Notes: generated from the sequence alone by a model not told the origin. Positions 29,601-39,174 are shown, counted from the whole stretch's first letter. The stretch: 60,658 bases of DNA, filler included, from 4 parts of 4 records of this genome joined end to end with filler, not necessarily neighbours in it, one strand, 5' to 3'. Made by a program: numbers and translations.

Positions 29601-31506
29601 GAAGGATGAATTTACCGTTATCGGCGTTGGAGACATGTCGGGTGATGTGTTTGGTAACGGTATGTTGTTGTCGAAGAAAATCCGCCTGCAAGCGGCATTT
29701 AACCACTTGCATATTTTCATCGACCCTAACCCGGGTGACACGGCAAAGGCTTGGAAAGAGCGCAAGCGCTTGTTCGATACGCCGGGCTCGTCTTGGGCGG
29801 ACTATGACAAAAAACTGATTTCCAAAGGCGGCGGCATTTTCTCACGCGAAGACAAATCAATTAAGCTGAGTGGTCCGATTAAAGAATGGTTGGGTATTGA
29901 AGAAGACAGTCTTGCTCCTAATGATTTGATCAACCGCATTTTGAAAGCTGAGGCAGACTTGTTGTGGTTTGGCGGCATTGGTACCTATGTGCGGGCATCT
30001 GATGAGACAGACCAGCAAGCAGGTGACCGGGCAAATGACCCGCTCCGTGTAACCGGCAGCGAGTTGCGGGTGAGCGTTGTTGGTGAAGGCGGCAACCTGG
30101 GTATGACCCAAAAGGCGCGGATTGAATTTGCAAGACGCGGTGGCCGGTTAAACACTGACTTTATTGATAATTCCGCCGGTGTGGATTGTTCCGATAAAGA
30201 AGTGAATATCAAAATTTTGCTTATTGACGCCATCGCCAAGGGCAAGTTGAAAGCTGAAGATCGAAACGCCGTTCTGGAAGAAATGACGGACGAAGTTTCC
30301 GATATTGTGCTTTCTGACAACTATTTGCAGACACAGGCCATATCCCTAGCTGAGGCAGAAGCAGTTAGCGCACGCCAATATCATTTGGGCTTGATCAAGG
30401 CGTTGGAGCGCGATGGCGGTCTTAATAGAGAAATTGAGTTTTTGCCGTCGGATGAAGGCTTTGCCGAAATGGCGTCTAACGAGAAAGGCCTCACCCGGCC
30501 AGAAATTTCAACGTTGATGGCTTATGCAAAAATGTCGCTATTTGACACAGTGATAAAAAGCGATTTGATCGATGATCCGATGATGCAGCCGGAACTGGAA
30601 TGGGGTTTCCCTACCTTGCTGCGCGAAAGGTTCGCTGACGAATTGTCTAACCACCAGTTGCGCCGCGAAATTATTGCCACGGTTTTGGCCAATGAAGTGG
30701 TGAACTGGGCTGGCTTGACCTTCGTGTATGAGGTTAAGGAAGAAACCGGTTTGGGCGTCGGCGACATTGTGGCTGCCTTTGTTATGGTGCGAGAAGTTTT
30801 CGGCCTACAAAAACAGTGGGATGCTGTCAATGCGCTGGACTATAAAGTGCCTGCCAGCGTGCAATATGACATGCACCGGTCTTTGTCCTTAAGTTTAAAA
30901 ACTCAGGTGCTTTGGGTGCTGCATAATTTGGAACACCCTTTCAATGTTAGTGGCATGGTTGAGCGCTTTAAAGAACCGTTTGAAAAACTGTTTAGCGTTA
31001 ATATCAATGTCTTGAGCAAGCCAACACAAGACGCATTCCTTGAGCGCCGTAATAGCTTGAAAGCGGAGGGCGTTGGCCATGAGCTGGCAACCTTTGTGGC
31101 TGCCTTTGAGGTGCTAACGTCTGGGCCAGACATTATTATGGTGGCCGAAGAAAGCGGCAAGCCGGTTGATTATGTGGCAGGCATTCATTTTGCGTTGGGT
31201 GACCTGCTGAACTTTGATTGGTTACGCCAGCGGGCTGAACGCATTGCGCTGGATGACCACTGGGAAACGCTAGCGGTTCGCTCAATACTTGAAGACTTGG
31301 GTGACCAGCAGCGCGACCTTGTGCGCGAAGTCTGCGAAACTGCTGGCAAGCAAACGGTGAGACAAGCCGTTACCGCCTGGAAGAAAAAGCAGGCCACCAG
31401 ACTGATCCGGTCTGGTAGACTGGCGGAAGACTTGAAGTCATCCGGCACATTAAGCGTTGCCAAGCTAAGCTTTGCAGCACGGCATTTGCGGTCTATTCTG
31501 CGTTAG
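26689..31506 (+). CDS. gdhB: Large NAD-specific glutamate dehydrogenase (GdhB/GdhZ type)
   Basis: NDDMPFLVDS, RGGLRWSDRREDFRTE, VAADKGTATFSD, GVGDMSGDVFGNG and DNSAGVDCSD motifs; GTG 26689 with AGGGA RBS. Confidence 0.95.
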   Translation: MSNKSICDYLNTAFGDMVKKVEKGAAAKELKTFLSDFFCMEAPDDLLTREPEELFATGYALWQAAAKRKKGTFNVVVMGPRGTKSARTNTTRHTAILIINDDMPFLVDSITGSMASTLHYRIHMMHHPIVDVPRDEEGNRSGGKGTVRVRESFIYMEVDAQSDDAALKEVADTIKKTLKDVKDAVTDWRAMLAKIDETVASLTVNPPPIPEAEVDEAIEFLRWLGADHFTFLGFREYRFHDNPATFDFSHVDGTALGILRDPDRYVLRDKDGLTPMSPEIRHFLAQPDPVIITKANVKSTVHRPSHLDYIGVKIFDADGNAVGERRFVGLFTSLSYSQFAHDVPLVRGKVANIQKRARLGNKSFAGKALMHILENFPRDELFQVDEDWLYETAFGVLQLTERPRPRAFIRPDRFERFVSALVYVPRDNYHSGLRTAITDILCRNYNGEMSVYYAKLSEEPLARWHFIIRTKPGNVPVVEEEDIQQQIVEATQGWDDRLHMSLVEHVGEEQGNQLHHVYKARFTTAYREFFTPPQAAYDVIKLEEVDGKDDLRVDFYDHLADGKNRFRLKIYHGSQLIALSNCMPILENMGFQVLSEHSYKMGAKSTSHIHDFALECGAESCFAVKDIKALVEDLFAKVWLGASENDGFNKLVITSAMTWSEIVVLRAYGKYLRQLGIGYTPDYIADTMVQHAGLSSQLFKLFSVQFDPKFKGSRDEAADKIKSSIRRALEKVRSLDHDRILRAYINVITATQRTNYYQDGVVDRVDERALAFKIRSREVEEAPLPRPFAEIWVYSPQVEGVHLRGGPIARGGLRWSDRREDFRTEVLGLVKAQQVKNAVIVPQGSKGGFFPKQLPSGDRDAFMKEGVSSYRSFITSLLSITDNLKGGKTVAPKQTVRRDGNDPYLVVAADKGTATFSDIANGISEGRDFWLGDAFASGGSAGYDHKKMGITAKGGWVSVQRLFRERGVNVQKDEFTVIGVGDMSGDVFGNGMLLSKKIRLQAAFNHLHIFIDPNPGDTAKAWKERKRLFDTPGSSWADYDKKLISKGGGIFSREDKSIKLSGPIKEWLGIEEDSLAPNDLINRILKAEADLLWFGGIGTYVRASDETDQQAGDRANDPLRVTGSELRVSVVGEGGNLGMTQKARIEFARRGGRLNTDFIDNSAGVDCSDKEVNIKILLIDAIAKGKLKAEDRNAVLEEMTDEVSDIVLSDNYLQTQAISLAEAEAVSARQYHLGLIKALERDGGLNREIEFLPSDEGFAEMASNEKGLTRPEISTLMAYAKMSLFDTVIKSDLIDDPMMQPELEWGFPTLLRERFADELSNHQLRREIIATVLANEVVNWAGLTFVYEVKEETGLGVGDIVAAFVMVREVFGLQKQWDAVNALDYKVPASVQYDMHRSLSLSLKTQVLWVLHNLEHPFNVSGMVERFKEPFEKLFSVNINVLSKPTQDAFLERRNSLKAEGVGHELATFVAAFEVLTSGPDIIMVAEESGKPVDYVAGIHFALGDLLNFDWLRQRAERIALDDHWETLAVRSILEDLGDQQRDLVREVCETAGKQTVRQAVTAWKKKQATRLIRSGRLAEDLKSSGTLSVAKLSFAARHLRSILR

Positions 31507-31525
31507 ATAATGTTTGGGGCAGTAT

Positions 31526-32125
31526 ATGACGGAAAAAGATGACAAGCGCCGACTTAACAAAGATACGCTGAATTTGGTGATTGCGGCTTGCGCAGTACTG
31601 ATTTCAGCGGCGTCTTTTTATGCCGCTTATGTGCAATCAGAAGCCGCGCAAAAACAAGTGCAGGCAGAGACATGGCCGTATTTGAAGCTTGACCACGGCA
31701 ACTATGACGAAAAAGACATGCTCAGGAATGTATATATTAAAGTGATTAACTCAGGGGTTGGACCCGCCAAGGTCAAGGCCTTAAACCTGTCTTACAAAGG
31801 CAAGCCAGTGGGTGGTTTCGCTCAGTTGTATACGGCCTGTTGTTTGTCGGAGGAAGAACAAAACGGCGCTAAAGTGCGCGGTGTTGCAAATGCTATAACA
31901 GGTAACCCGCCGCCAACAATTTTACTGCCACGTGATGAGTTATTGTTTTTTTCTGTAATAGAAAATGACCAAAACAAAGCCGCATGGGCACGACTTGATG
32001 CGGCAAGATTTCATATAACAGGTGAGGCTTGTTATTGCTCGCTTTTGGATGAGTGTTTTAATACGGACTTTATTCAAGACCCTGTTCCTGTAAAGGCCTG
32101 CAAGCCGGAGCCTACAGGCCGATAA
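31526..32125 (+). CDS. Hypothetical membrane-anchored Cys-containing protein
   Basis: N-terminal TM, WPYL, NSGVGPA and CYCSLLDEC; follows gdhB after a short gap. Confidence 0.7.
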   Translation: MTEKDDKRRLNKDTLNLVIAACAVLISAASFYAAYVQSEAAQKQVQAETWPYLKLDHGNYDEKDMLRNVYIKVINSGVGPAKVKALNLSYKGKPVGGFAQLYTACCLSEEEQNGAKVRGVANAITGNPPPTILLPRDELLFFSVIENDQNKAAWARLDAARFHITGEACYCSLLDECFNTDFIQDPVPVKACKPEPTGR

Positions 32126-32128
32126 AGG

Positions 32129-32962
32129 TTAGCTGGCTACTGCGAACTGTCCCGTATTCCAGTCAGATAAAGCTGTTTGAATTTCCTCAGATGTGTTCAT
32201 CACAAACGGGCCATACCGCGCAACCGGTTCACCGATGGGGGCGGCTGCAACCAGCAACAGCCGTGTGTTTTTCTCGCCGCTAATCGTGACGGCTTTTCCG
32301 TCGCTTAGCACGGCAAGCGTGCGCGAGGCCACCTCATCACCCTCAACCTTAAAGGGGTTGTTTATGCCGTACAGAAACGCTGTGTGGCCAGCGGGAACAG
32401 GTACAGTGATTTTGCCGCTATGCTGTAATGTTATGTCCGCAAACAAGGGGTTGACGGCAATTTGACCCACTGGCCCGCTTTCTCCCAATAGCTTCCCTGT
32501 GACCAACCGTGCGGTATAGCCATTACCGCTGATTGTAGGAATATCAGCATAAGGAACATCCTGATAACGCGGCGCTTTCATCTTGTCTTTGGCGGGCAAG
32601 TTTACCCAAAGCTGAAAACCGCGAATGTCTACCCCGCTAGAGGTAGGCATTTCAGAATGGATAATGCCGAGCCCTGCGGTCATCCACTGCGCTTCACCGG
32701 GACCTATCTCTCCTGTGTTTCCGGTGGTATCATTGTGGCGCATGCTGCCAGACAGCATGTAAGTTACGGTTTCAAAGCCCCGATGCGGATGCTCTGGGAA
32801 ACCAACGTCTTCAGTGCCTGCCTCAATAACCATTTCATCAAGCAAGAGAAATGGGTCCAGGGCGCTTAACTCTGGTCTGCCGATTGTGCGGTGCACAGTG
32901 ACGCCTTTTCCCTCTGGTACGGCTTGTGCGGGCAAAATTTGGCGAATTTTTCTGTTGCTCAT
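32129..32962 (-). CDS. Pirin family protein
   Basis: DPFLLLD, FPEHPHRGFETVT, QWMTAGxGIIHSE and YGPFVMN motifs; ATG 32962 with GGAG RBS. Confidence 0.93.
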   Translation of the reverse strand: MSNRKIRQILPAQAVPEGKGVTVHRTIGRPELSALDPFLLLDEMVIEAGTEDVGFPEHPHRGFETVTYMLSGSMRHNDTTGNTGEIGPGEAQWMTAGLGIIHSEMPTSSGVDIRGFQLWVNLPAKDKMKAPRYQDVPYADIPTISGNGYTARLVTGKLLGESGPVGQIAVNPLFADITLQHSGKITVPVPAGHTAFLYGINNPFKVEGDEVASRTLAVLSDGKAVTISGEKNTRLLLVAAAPIGEPVARYGPFVMNTSEEIQTALSDWNTGQFAVAS

Positions 32963-33041
32963 GATTGTTCTCCTACTCATGTGTGATGAGTAAAATATAA
33001 GGACCCCGTCATGGGCTTCGTAGCGCCCAATTTGGCAAGCC

Positions 33042-33064
33042 TGTGTTGCGCTGTGGGGAACACA
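33042..33064. promoter_or_regulatory. LysR-type (T-N11-A) operator upstream of pirin
   Basis: Interrupted palindrome TGTGTT-gcgctgtgggg-AACACA containing T-N11-A, next to a LysR gene. Confidence 0.55.
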
Positions 33065-33122
33065 CCCGTTTGGGTGGTTTGGGCCGTGCTGGTTGACAAG
33101 GCAATCGCGCCGGGCTGTTGGT

Positions 33123-34031
33123 TTAGAGCCTGCTTTGACGGGCGGGGTCGCTGTACCATTCTGCTAGAAAGTCCAACAATGCACGTACTTTTACGGGCAA
33201 CAATCTGCGCTCAGGGTACAGCGCATAAAGGTAACTTTCCGGCCTTTGCCAATTTTCCAGAATGGGCACTACCTCGCCTTTTTCCAATGCTTCACTGAGG
33301 AAAAACAATGGCAGGGTTGCAATGGCTATACCCGACTTGGCCGCTGCGAGCTGCATGATGCCAGAATTGGTTGTGATCGACCCCTTAACCCGTACGGCTT
33401 GAAGACCATTTGGACCAGCAAAACGCCATTGCTCGCTTGCGGTGACGTTCGCATAGAAAACACAGTTGTGTCTTTTAAGGTCTTCAGGAGACTGCGGTGT
33501 GCCATGGGTCTTTAAATAGGCGGGGCTGGCAACAACCAGTGCCCGTACCGAGGCCAGTTTTTTGGCGATCAGGCTGGTGTCTGTAAGCGCGGACGCAATT
33601 CTAAGTGCCAGATCATAGCCGCCGCCTACCACATCAACCCGTTGGTCGGTTAAATGCAGGTCAAAGCTCAGGTCTGGGTGCAAGGCGGCAAAGGCTAATA
33701 ATGGCTCTTGAAAGTCCAGGTCAGAAAAACTGCGCGGTGCTGTGATGCGCATTTGACCGATCAGTTTATCGCCTGCAGTTTTCACAGATTGCCGCGCATC
33801 ATCCACATCGCCGAGAATTTTTAGCCCTCTTTCATAAAATAATGCCCCAGCATCGGTGGGGCTCACCCCTCGTGTTGTGCGGGTTAGCAGGCGAACATCC
33901 AAACTATCTTCAAGGGCTTGAATGCGCCGCGACGCCACAGATTTTGTAATATGAAGCGCTTTTGCGGCGGCGGTCAGGTTGCCTTCCTCTACGGCCCGAC
34001 AGAAGGTACGGATGTTAATCAAGTCGATCAA
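33123..34031 (-). CDS. LysR family transcriptional regulator (CrgA/DmlR-like)
   Basis: N-terminal HTH LTAAAKALHITKSVASRRIQALE, LLTRTTR, ASPAYL and KVRALLDFL. Confidence 0.93.
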   Translation of the reverse strand: MIDLINIRTFCRAVEEGNLTAAAKALHITKSVASRRIQALEDSLDVRLLTRTTRGVSPTDAGALFYERGLKILGDVDDARQSVKTAGDKLIGQMRITAPRSFSDLDFQEPLLAFAALHPDLSFDLHLTDQRVDVVGGGYDLALRIASALTDTSLIAKKLASVRALVVASPAYLKTHGTPQSPEDLKRHNCVFYANVTASEQWRFAGPNGLQAVRVKGSITTNSGIMQLAAAKSGIAIATLPLFFLSEALEKGEVVPILENWQRPESYLYALYPERRLLPVKVRALLDFLAEWYSDPARQSRL

Positions 34032-34292
34032 AAGCGTTGTTTCCTGTTTTGGTTATGTCGCTAATAGCCAGCCCGGTTTTTATACTATGCCTGTTCTGTA
34101 TCATCCGACCTCTTGGTCAAGAGTGTAATTGCTTGTTTCAGTGCAGGCGATATAAAAATTGTAGAAATAGGTAGAATGTAATACCTGTAATGTTTGTAGG
34201 GATTTGCAGGCATGCAGTTTTGAAAATTTTTTGGCGTTTGCCTAGGGAGAAATTTTATGATGCGTGCTGGTGGTAAAAGGCAGGATACCTAG

Positions 34293-35258
34293 ATGACGTA
34301 TTTATTAACTTTGCTTCGTGCAATTGGGCAATATATTCACCCGGCCAAAAGGTTTTGGGAAATATTCAGCCTTCGTCATTTTGATCGGTCATGTCGTCCC
34401 ATTGACAAAGCACCGGCAATCAAAAAAGGGGACACCGACTTTGCCGTTGTCTCCATGCTGCGTCATAGTGATGTAAGCCAGTATTTGCTTGCCATTAGAA
34501 CCTTTGTTGCGCATGCGCCGCTGCCAGCAGAAATTCATATTATCAATGATGATAGTTTGACCGATGCAGATTTGGCGCGGTTGAAAATGCACATTCCGCA
34601 CGTTCAAATTGTCCATATATCGCAAATTGACACAGGCGAATGCCCCAACGGCGGCACATGGGAGCGGCTTAAATACATCATCGATCTGTCTCAAAGAATT
34701 TATGCTATCCAAATGGACGCTGACATTTTTAGCCGACAAAGTTTAGATGCCGTTGCTGAGGCAATTAGCAAAAACAGACCTTTTTTGCTGGGCACGCATA
34801 TGGAAGGCAATGATAGCGGTAGAAAAGTTATTTCACTTAACGAAGCATCAGATTTCGCAGATCAGAATGAACAGCACCATGTACAGAATAAAGTAGAGCG
34901 ATTGCTGCGTCATTTAACGCTGCCGGAACAGAAATATATTAGGGCGTGCTCAGGCTTTGCGGGATTTGCCAAACAATCCGTTAGCTGGCAAACAGCACGA
35001 AATTTTTCTGAACAAATGGAAAAACTTTTAGTATCTGACTTTTTTTCCTGGACGACATGGGGTACCGAACAAATTACATCAAACTTCGTTCTTGCAAACG
35101 CTCCAAATGTTCTTGTTCTCAGCGTGCCGGAATATATCAACCATGATGGTTGCCCGCTTGGAGGTGATGTGCGATTGATCCATTTCCTTGGCTTTGCCCG
35201 TTTTGAAAATGACGCCTACCGTAGCCTTGTGGTAAAATTTATTGCGGACACTGTTTAA
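34293..35258 (+). CDS. Hypothetical protein, possible GT-A glycosyltransferase
   Basis: IINDDSL, YAIQMDAD (DxD), WGTEQ and late IHFLG motifs. Confidence 0.55.
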   Translation: MTYLLTLLRAIGQYIHPAKRFWEIFSLRHFDRSCRPIDKAPAIKKGDTDFAVVSMLRHSDVSQYLLAIRTFVAHAPLPAEIHIINDDSLTDADLARLKMHIPHVQIVHISQIDTGECPNGGTWERLKYIIDLSQRIYAIQMDADIFSRQSLDAVAEAISKNRPFLLGTHMEGNDSGRKVISLNEASDFADQNEQHHVQNKVERLLRHLTLPEQKYIRACSGFAGFAKQSVSWQTARNFSEQMEKLLVSDFFSWTTWGTEQITSNFVLANAPNVLVLSVPEYINHDGCPLGGDVRLIHFLGFARFENDAYRSLVVKFIADTV

Positions 35259-35275
35259 CAACTTAAGCGGCACTG

Positions 35276-35959
35276 TTAACGCCATCGCCGTGCAATATAA
35301 AAACACGCAAGACCGCCAACCACGAACATAAAACCCAAGCTGAAGTGCCAGCTTACCTTTGATGGCCCTTGAACGGTGGTTATTTTTTGGCGTTCATAAC
35401 GCCTAAACCCACCTTCAACGGGTACCATGAAAACCTTGCCGCGATCATCATTAAAAACTTGAAAATCATACTCTATTCTATCGGTCAAAGTGCGGCCCTC
35501 TTGGTCCGGCGTACCTGCTTCCATAAATTGGAAAATTAAGGGTGGTTCCCCCTCAAGGATGACCCCCTCTGATCGGTAATGATATTCGTAAGCTGGGTCG
35601 TTTGGAATGCTAAAGGCCATGCCGAGAACAGCCCCCGCAAGCATGAGCATGACAAGGCCCGTTACCAGCCAGCCACGCACAAACCGGGCCTGGTTTTTTG
35701 CGCGGGAAAGCACAATGGCCCGCACCTGTTTTATCTCTCTTAGTTTGTCCAGCTCGGCCGAAAATATCGCATCAGACATCTCGGATGTATCAATGTTATA
35801 TGCGTTGACCAGCCTGCCAAAAATATCTTCTGATGGGTAACTTTTCCCGGTTTCCAGTTTTGAAAGGTAAGACTGTTCTATTTTTGCTTTTGCAGCCGCC
35901 TCAGGCTGGGTCCAGTTTTTTTGTTCGCGCTTTTGACGCAGATAATCACCAAATTTCAT
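35276..35959 (-). CDS. XRE-family HTH regulator with two TM helices and a periplasmic loop
   Basis: WTQPEAAAKAKIEQSYLSKLETGK HTH; hydrophobic segments mid-protein and at the C-terminus; AAGGAGG RBS. Confidence 0.82.
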   Translation of the reverse strand: MKFGDYLRQKREQKNWTQPEAAAKAKIEQSYLSKLETGKSYPSEDIFGRLVNAYNIDTSEMSDAIFSAELDKLREIKQVRAIVLSRAKNQARFVRGWLVTGLVMLMLAGAVLGMAFSIPNDPAYEYHYRSEGVILEGEPPLIFQFMEAGTPDQEGRTLTDRIEYDFQVFNDDRGKVFMVPVEGGFRRYERQKITTVQGPSKVSWHFSLGFMFVVGGLACFYIARRWR

Positions 35960-36195
35960 GGCGGCCTCCTTTATCCTCGTTGTGTCGTGTCACTCGGGCC
36001 GTTTACCCTCGATAACACAACGAAGTCTTTTGCAGTCTTGTTGGGAATACTAGCAGAATATAAGGGAATATTTACCGAAATCAGGACTATTGGATGTTTT
36101 CTCAGATGGCGAACCACTCAAATAAAGCTGTTGGCGAAAAATCAAGCGTGAAATAAGCTTCCTCCATGCATGGGTTATTGGTTGGAGCGAATAGA

Positions 36196-37167
36196 ATGTT
36201 TATCAAAATCGGGCTTATTGGGCTGTTGCTTGCCTTCACGGCAATATTTCCTGCAAACGCCCATCAGGACCCAGAAATTTCCGGATATATTAAAGTAGAC
36301 GGCGGCCGCATTTGGTACCGCTTGAACGGCGCACAGCATTTGGGCGATAAACCAGCTATCATTGTGGCGCATGGTGGTCCTGGCGGCACGCATCGCGGTA
36401 ACATGCCGTATGTTGCGCTATCCGACACATATCCGGTTATCCTCTATGATCAGCTGGGCACCGGCAATTCGGACCGGCCCGGTGACCGTAATAATTGGAA
36501 AACAGAGCGTTTTGTTGATGAGATTGATCACATTCGAGCGGCGCTTGGGCTGAAGGAAGTTATTATGGCAGGCCATAGTTGGGGCGGTACGCTCGCGGCT
36601 GAATATGCTGTGCGCCAACCCGAAGGACTGATTGCTTCAATTCTGTCTAGTCCGCTTATATCCACCCCCGTTTGGAATGCTGACGGTTCCAAATGGATTA
36701 AGCAATTGCCACAGGCTACGCAGGATGTGCTACGCAAACACCAAAATGACACCACTATGGAAAGCGCCGAATATAGCACAGCGGTTGATGAATTTTATGC
36801 GCGCCATATGTGCCGCGAGGGGCGCTGCACAGACCACGGCCACCGTGATGCCGGCCCGCCCGGCAACGGTGAAATGTATGCCACCATGTGGGGGCCAACC
36901 GACTTCCGCGGCATTGGCACGCTTAAAGACTATGATTTGTCGCCCGAGTTGCCCCGAATAGAAGTGCCTACATTGATCATTTGCGGCGAATTTGATGAGG
37001 CCGCTCCAGAAAGCTGCCGCAAGTTTGGTGGCATGATTGAGCAGGCGCGTGTTGCCATTATGCCGGATGCTGGACATGCCACAATGGCAGCCGATGAAGC
37101 ACTCTATATCAAAACAGTGCGGAATTTTCTGGCTAGCTTGGAAGGGAGAGGGCCGGCAGACCAATAG
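36196..37167 (+). CDS. Proline iminopeptidase-family (S33) alpha/beta hydrolase with signal peptide
   Basis: HGGPG, YDQLGTGNS, GHSWGG, GEFD and AGH motifs; signal ending ANA-H. Confidence 0.88.
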   Translation: MFIKIGLIGLLLAFTAIFPANAHQDPEISGYIKVDGGRIWYRLNGAQHLGDKPAIIVAHGGPGGTHRGNMPYVALSDTYPVILYDQLGTGNSDRPGDRNNWKTERFVDEIDHIRAALGLKEVIMAGHSWGGTLAAEYAVRQPEGLIASILSSPLISTPVWNADGSKWIKQLPQATQDVLRKHQNDTTMESAEYSTAVDEFYARHMCREGRCTDHGHRDAGPPGNGEMYATMWGPTDFRGIGTLKDYDLSPELPRIEVPTLIICGEFDEAAPESCRKFGGMIEQARVAIMPDAGHATMAADEALYIKTVRNFLASLEGRGPADQ

Positions 37168-37213
37168 GTTTTTATTGTCGGCTTTTTCCAGTGTTCAACA
37201 GTTTTTGCGCCAT

Positions 37214-37240
37214 AAAAAAACCGGCCAGAAGGCCGGTTTT
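37214..37240. terminator. Bidirectional intrinsic terminator
   Basis: AAAAAAACCGGCC-agaa-GGCCGGTTTT between convergent genes. Confidence 0.8.
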
Positions 37241-37263
37241 GAAACTTGGTAAAAGATGAAAGT

Positions 37264-37800
37264 CTATCTGGGTGAGATAACCATAATCATCTGGCGGCCT
37301 TCCATTTTAGGCCACGCTTCAACCTTAGCGGTTTCTTTCATTTCTTCTGCAACCCGGTTCAGCACTTCCATGCCCAGTTGCTGGTGTGCCATTTCACGGC
37401 CTCGGAAACGAATGGTCATTTTAACCTTGTCGCCGTTATCAATGAACTGATTCACCTTTTTTAGCTTAACGTTATAGTCGTGAACGTCGATGCCCGGGCG
37501 CATCTTAATTTCTTTAACGTCCTGAGTTTTCTGGTTTTTACGAGCCATGTTGGCTTTTTTCTGCTGCTCGTATTTAAACTTGCCAAAGTCCAGAACCTTA
37601 CATACTGGGGGTTCCGCATTGGGTGAAATTTCCACGAGATCAAGGCCGCTATCACGCGCGATATCCATCGCTTGCGGTTGCGTTACAACGCCGTGGTTTT
37701 CCCCTTCTGCTCCGATAAGGCGCACTTCCTGTGCGGTAATCATATCATTGACACGCGGACCTACCTGTTTGGGTGGTCCAGCAAAATTCCCTCTACGTAT
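37264..37800 (-). CDS. infC: Translation initiation factor IF-3 with non-canonical ATA start
   Basis: [23 protein letters not shown] and RFRGREM motifs; in-frame ATA at 37800, 6 nt after AGGAGA, restores the N-terminal PRVN motif. Confidence 0.93.
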   Translation of the reverse strand: MRRGNFAGPPKQVGPRVNDMITAQEVRLIGAEGENHGVVTQPQAMDIARDSGLDLVEISPNAEPPVCKVLDFGKFKYEQQKKANMARKNQKTQDVKEIKMRPGIDVHDYNVKLKKVNQFIDNGDKVKMTIRFRGREMAHQQLGMEVLNRVAEEMKETAKVEAWPKMEGRQMIMVISPR

Positions 37801-37919
37801 GTCTAGTCTCCTAAAGTGGTTTCTATGGGCGACTCGTTTCCGAGTCTTTTTTAACTATACCGAGTTCGCGTCGGCTTGCAAAGCCATGAAACGCAACCGT
37901 TTCATGGCTATTCTTTTTA

Positions 37920-39174
37920 TCAGGCGTCCGCAGCGCGTTCATTAGGCGGTGTTCCTTCGGCGGCCAATGCGGCAACTGCCTCAGTCATATCAAGCACCGT
38001 TTGGTTCTTGCTGCCTATCCGGCGCACACTCACTTGCTCATTTTCGGCTTCGCGCATGCCCACCACAACAATGGCAGGTACTTTGGCGTGGCTATGCTCG
38101 CGGACCTTATAGTTGATCTTCTCATTGCGCAGATCAAGCTCTACCCGCATGCCAGCTGCTTCGCATGCCGCATGTACTTTGCGGGCATAATCATCAGCGT
38201 CTGATGTAATGGGTGCTACCACTGCTTGCACAGGCGACAGCCAAAGCGGTAAATGGCCAGCATAATGTTCAATCATAATGCCGGTGAAGCGCTCAAGGGT
38301 GCCTAAAATAGCCCGGTGCAACATCACAGGGCGCTGCCTGCTGCCGTCTTCAGCAATATAACTTGCATCTAGCCGCTCAGGCAGCACGAAATCTGACTGC
38401 AGGGTGCCGCACTGCCATGTGCGCCCAATGGCGTCTGACAAGTGGAACTCAAGCTTGGGGCCATAAAACGCCCCTTCGCCGGGTGCATATTCGAACGGAA
38501 TGCCCCGTGCGTTCAGCGCCGCTTCAAGCGCACCTTCTGCTTTGTCCCAAACCTCGTCTGTTCCTGCGCGCAATTCAGGGCGTGTTGCCAGCTTCACTTG
38601 AAACTCAGGGAAGCCAAGGTCTTCATAGACGCTTGCTAGCAAGTCACAGAAGGCCACACTTTCCTCTGTCACCTGGTCCTCACGGCAGAAAACATGGCCA
38701 TCGTCTTGGGTCATTTGGCGCACGCGCATCAAGCCGTGCAAAGCGCCGTGGGCCTCATTCCGGTGGCAGCAACCAAATTCCGCAAAGCGAATGGGCAGGT
38801 CGCGGTAGCTTTTGATGCCTTGACGGAAAACCTGCACATGTGCCGGGCAATTCATGGGTTTCAGTGCCATCAAGCGCCCTTCGCCGGATAGAACAGGTGC
38901 GTCTTCTTCCGTTGATGGAACCTCGTCCGGTACAACGAACATATTTTCCCGGAACTTTGACCAGTGGCCCGACTTTTCCCAAAGCTTATGGTCCAGCAAC
39001 TGTGGTGTTTTTATCTCCTGATACCCCGCACCCTTGAGGCGCTTGCGGATATAGGTTTCCAGTTGCTGCCAGATAACATAGCCGTTCGGGTGCCAAAAAA
39101 CGCTGCCTTGAGCCTCTTCCTGCATATGGAACAGGTCCATTTCGCGGCCCAGCTTGCGGTGGTCGCGCTTTTCG
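37920..39174 (-). CDS. thrS: Threonine--tRNA ligase, C-terminal part (5'-truncated by contig end)
   Basis: [30 protein letters not shown] and HRAILG motifs. Confidence 0.97.
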
